DNA from: Chiloscyllium plagiosum | Lineage: Eukaryota | Assembly (NCBI RefSeq): GCF_004010195.1 | Contig: NC_057754.1 | Location: 10,748,344 to 10,797,571 of the forward strand | DNA length: 49,228 nt | Reading direction: 5' to 3' | Part shown: one piece after another, positions 48,615 to 49,228 of the stretch | Numbering within the stretch: the stretch's first letter is position 1 | Layout: the number at the start of each line of letters is the position of its first letter | Program-made: the position numbers and the translations under genes | The notes under the pieces: model-generated | Told to the model about the DNA's origin: nothing | Database searches by the model: none | Seen by the model: only the letters and a program-made list of their open reading frames with translations

Positions 48615-48686
48615 AGAAGGAACCAGGAATCGAATCCTGGCTGCAGTGGTGAAAGTGCTGAATCCCAACCACTACACCAGCATGGA
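48615..48686 (-). pseudogene. Degenerate tRNA-Glu(TTC)
   Basis: Reverse complement TCCATGCTGGTGTAGTGGTTGGGATTCAGCACTTTCACCACTGCAGCCAGGATTCGATTCCTGGT versus TCCCTGGTGGTCTAGTGG.TAGGATTCGGCGCTTTCACCGCCGCGGCCCGGGTTCGATTCCCGGT; many CpG transitions; acceptor stem broken. Confidence 0.8.
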
Positions 48687-48949
48687 ACATGCCAGCCAAG
48701 GTTGCATGATTTCTCAATAACATTGCTTTTGACATTTAATTTTTCATTTGATAGTATGTTAACCAGAGGTACGTTTTTCAGACAAAATTGTCATATCATT
48801 GGGTTTTACAGCATGCAAAGAGGCCCTTGAGCCCAGTGACCTTTCTTCAGAACTGGATTTGAATCTGCTGTGGGAGACACATTGACTTCACTACACAGTA
48901 ATGTTTGCAAACTCCATACATAATGTGCAAGCTTCATACAAAATCACAG

Positions 48950-49062
48950 AGAGAAAGTAAGAGAGCTTCTTCCTGAAGAAGGGCTTATGCCCGAAACGTC
49001 GATTCTCCTGTTCCTTGGATGCTGCCTGACCTGCTGCGCTTTTCCAGCAACACATTTTCAGC
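48950..49062 (+). mobile_element. Single-arm PLE-derived element with intact hammerhead core
   Basis: CTGAAGA-A-GGGC-TTAT-GCCC-GAAACGTC at 48973-49000; 16-bp TSD TCATACAAAATCACAG at 48934-48949 and 49063-49078. Confidence 0.9.
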
Positions 49063-49094
49063 TCATACAAAATCACAGCCAGGTTTCCATAATG

Positions 49095-49228
49095 AATAGG
49101 GATAGCATAGGGAATTTGCGTGTGGAGTCTGAGGAGGTAGGGGAAGCCCTAAATGAGTTTTTTGCTTCTGTCTTTACGGAAGAAATGAACTTTGTAGTGA
49201 ATGAAACCTTTGAAGAGCAGGTGTGCAT
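49095..49228 (+). mobile_element. CR1 ORF2 fragment running off the window
   Basis: GNLRVESEEVGEALNEFFASVFTEE. Confidence 0.85.

Noticed and set aside
4008..49062. Recurrent peptide CWKSAAGQAAS / [11 protein letters not shown] in many ORFs as a protein family, or the repeats as a CRISPR array
   Set aside because: These are translations of the dispersed PLE-derived arm; copies are scattered with TSDs, not regularly spaced with spacers, and the DNA is eukaryotic.

Overview
Vertebrate genomic DNA, almost certainly from a cartilaginous fish (shark). This is inferred from dense CR1 LINE remnants, HE1-type tRNA-derived SINEs, Penelope-like elements (PLEs) and a GPR139-like receptor. Two protein-coding genes look intact: a two-exon GPR139/GPR142-like class A GPCR on the minus strand (3568-3499 + 1705-810, 321 aa; the ORF track misses exon 1) and a 13-finger C2H2 zinc-finger gene without a KRAB domain (45452/45494-46615, +) with a probable CpG-rich promoter near 42.4-42.8 kb. 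Most of the rest is nested repeat: CR1 fragments, about 9 SINEs, 2-3 solo LTRs and GATA/CTAT microsatellites. There are also six decayed tRNA genes (Arg, Ser x2, Asn x2, Glu), two of them inside an inverted paralogous unit, and a decayed zinc-finger remnant. The most notable signal is more than 15 short PLE-derived elements, many folded back as long palindromes and ten flanked by readable 9-16 bp target-site duplications. Many carry minimal hammerhead-ribozyme cores (CUGA[AU]GA-stem II-GAAAC-GU[CU]), in one case on both strands. One copy has captured 124 bp of neighbouring DNA. Everything was read by eye and repeat boundaries are approximate.
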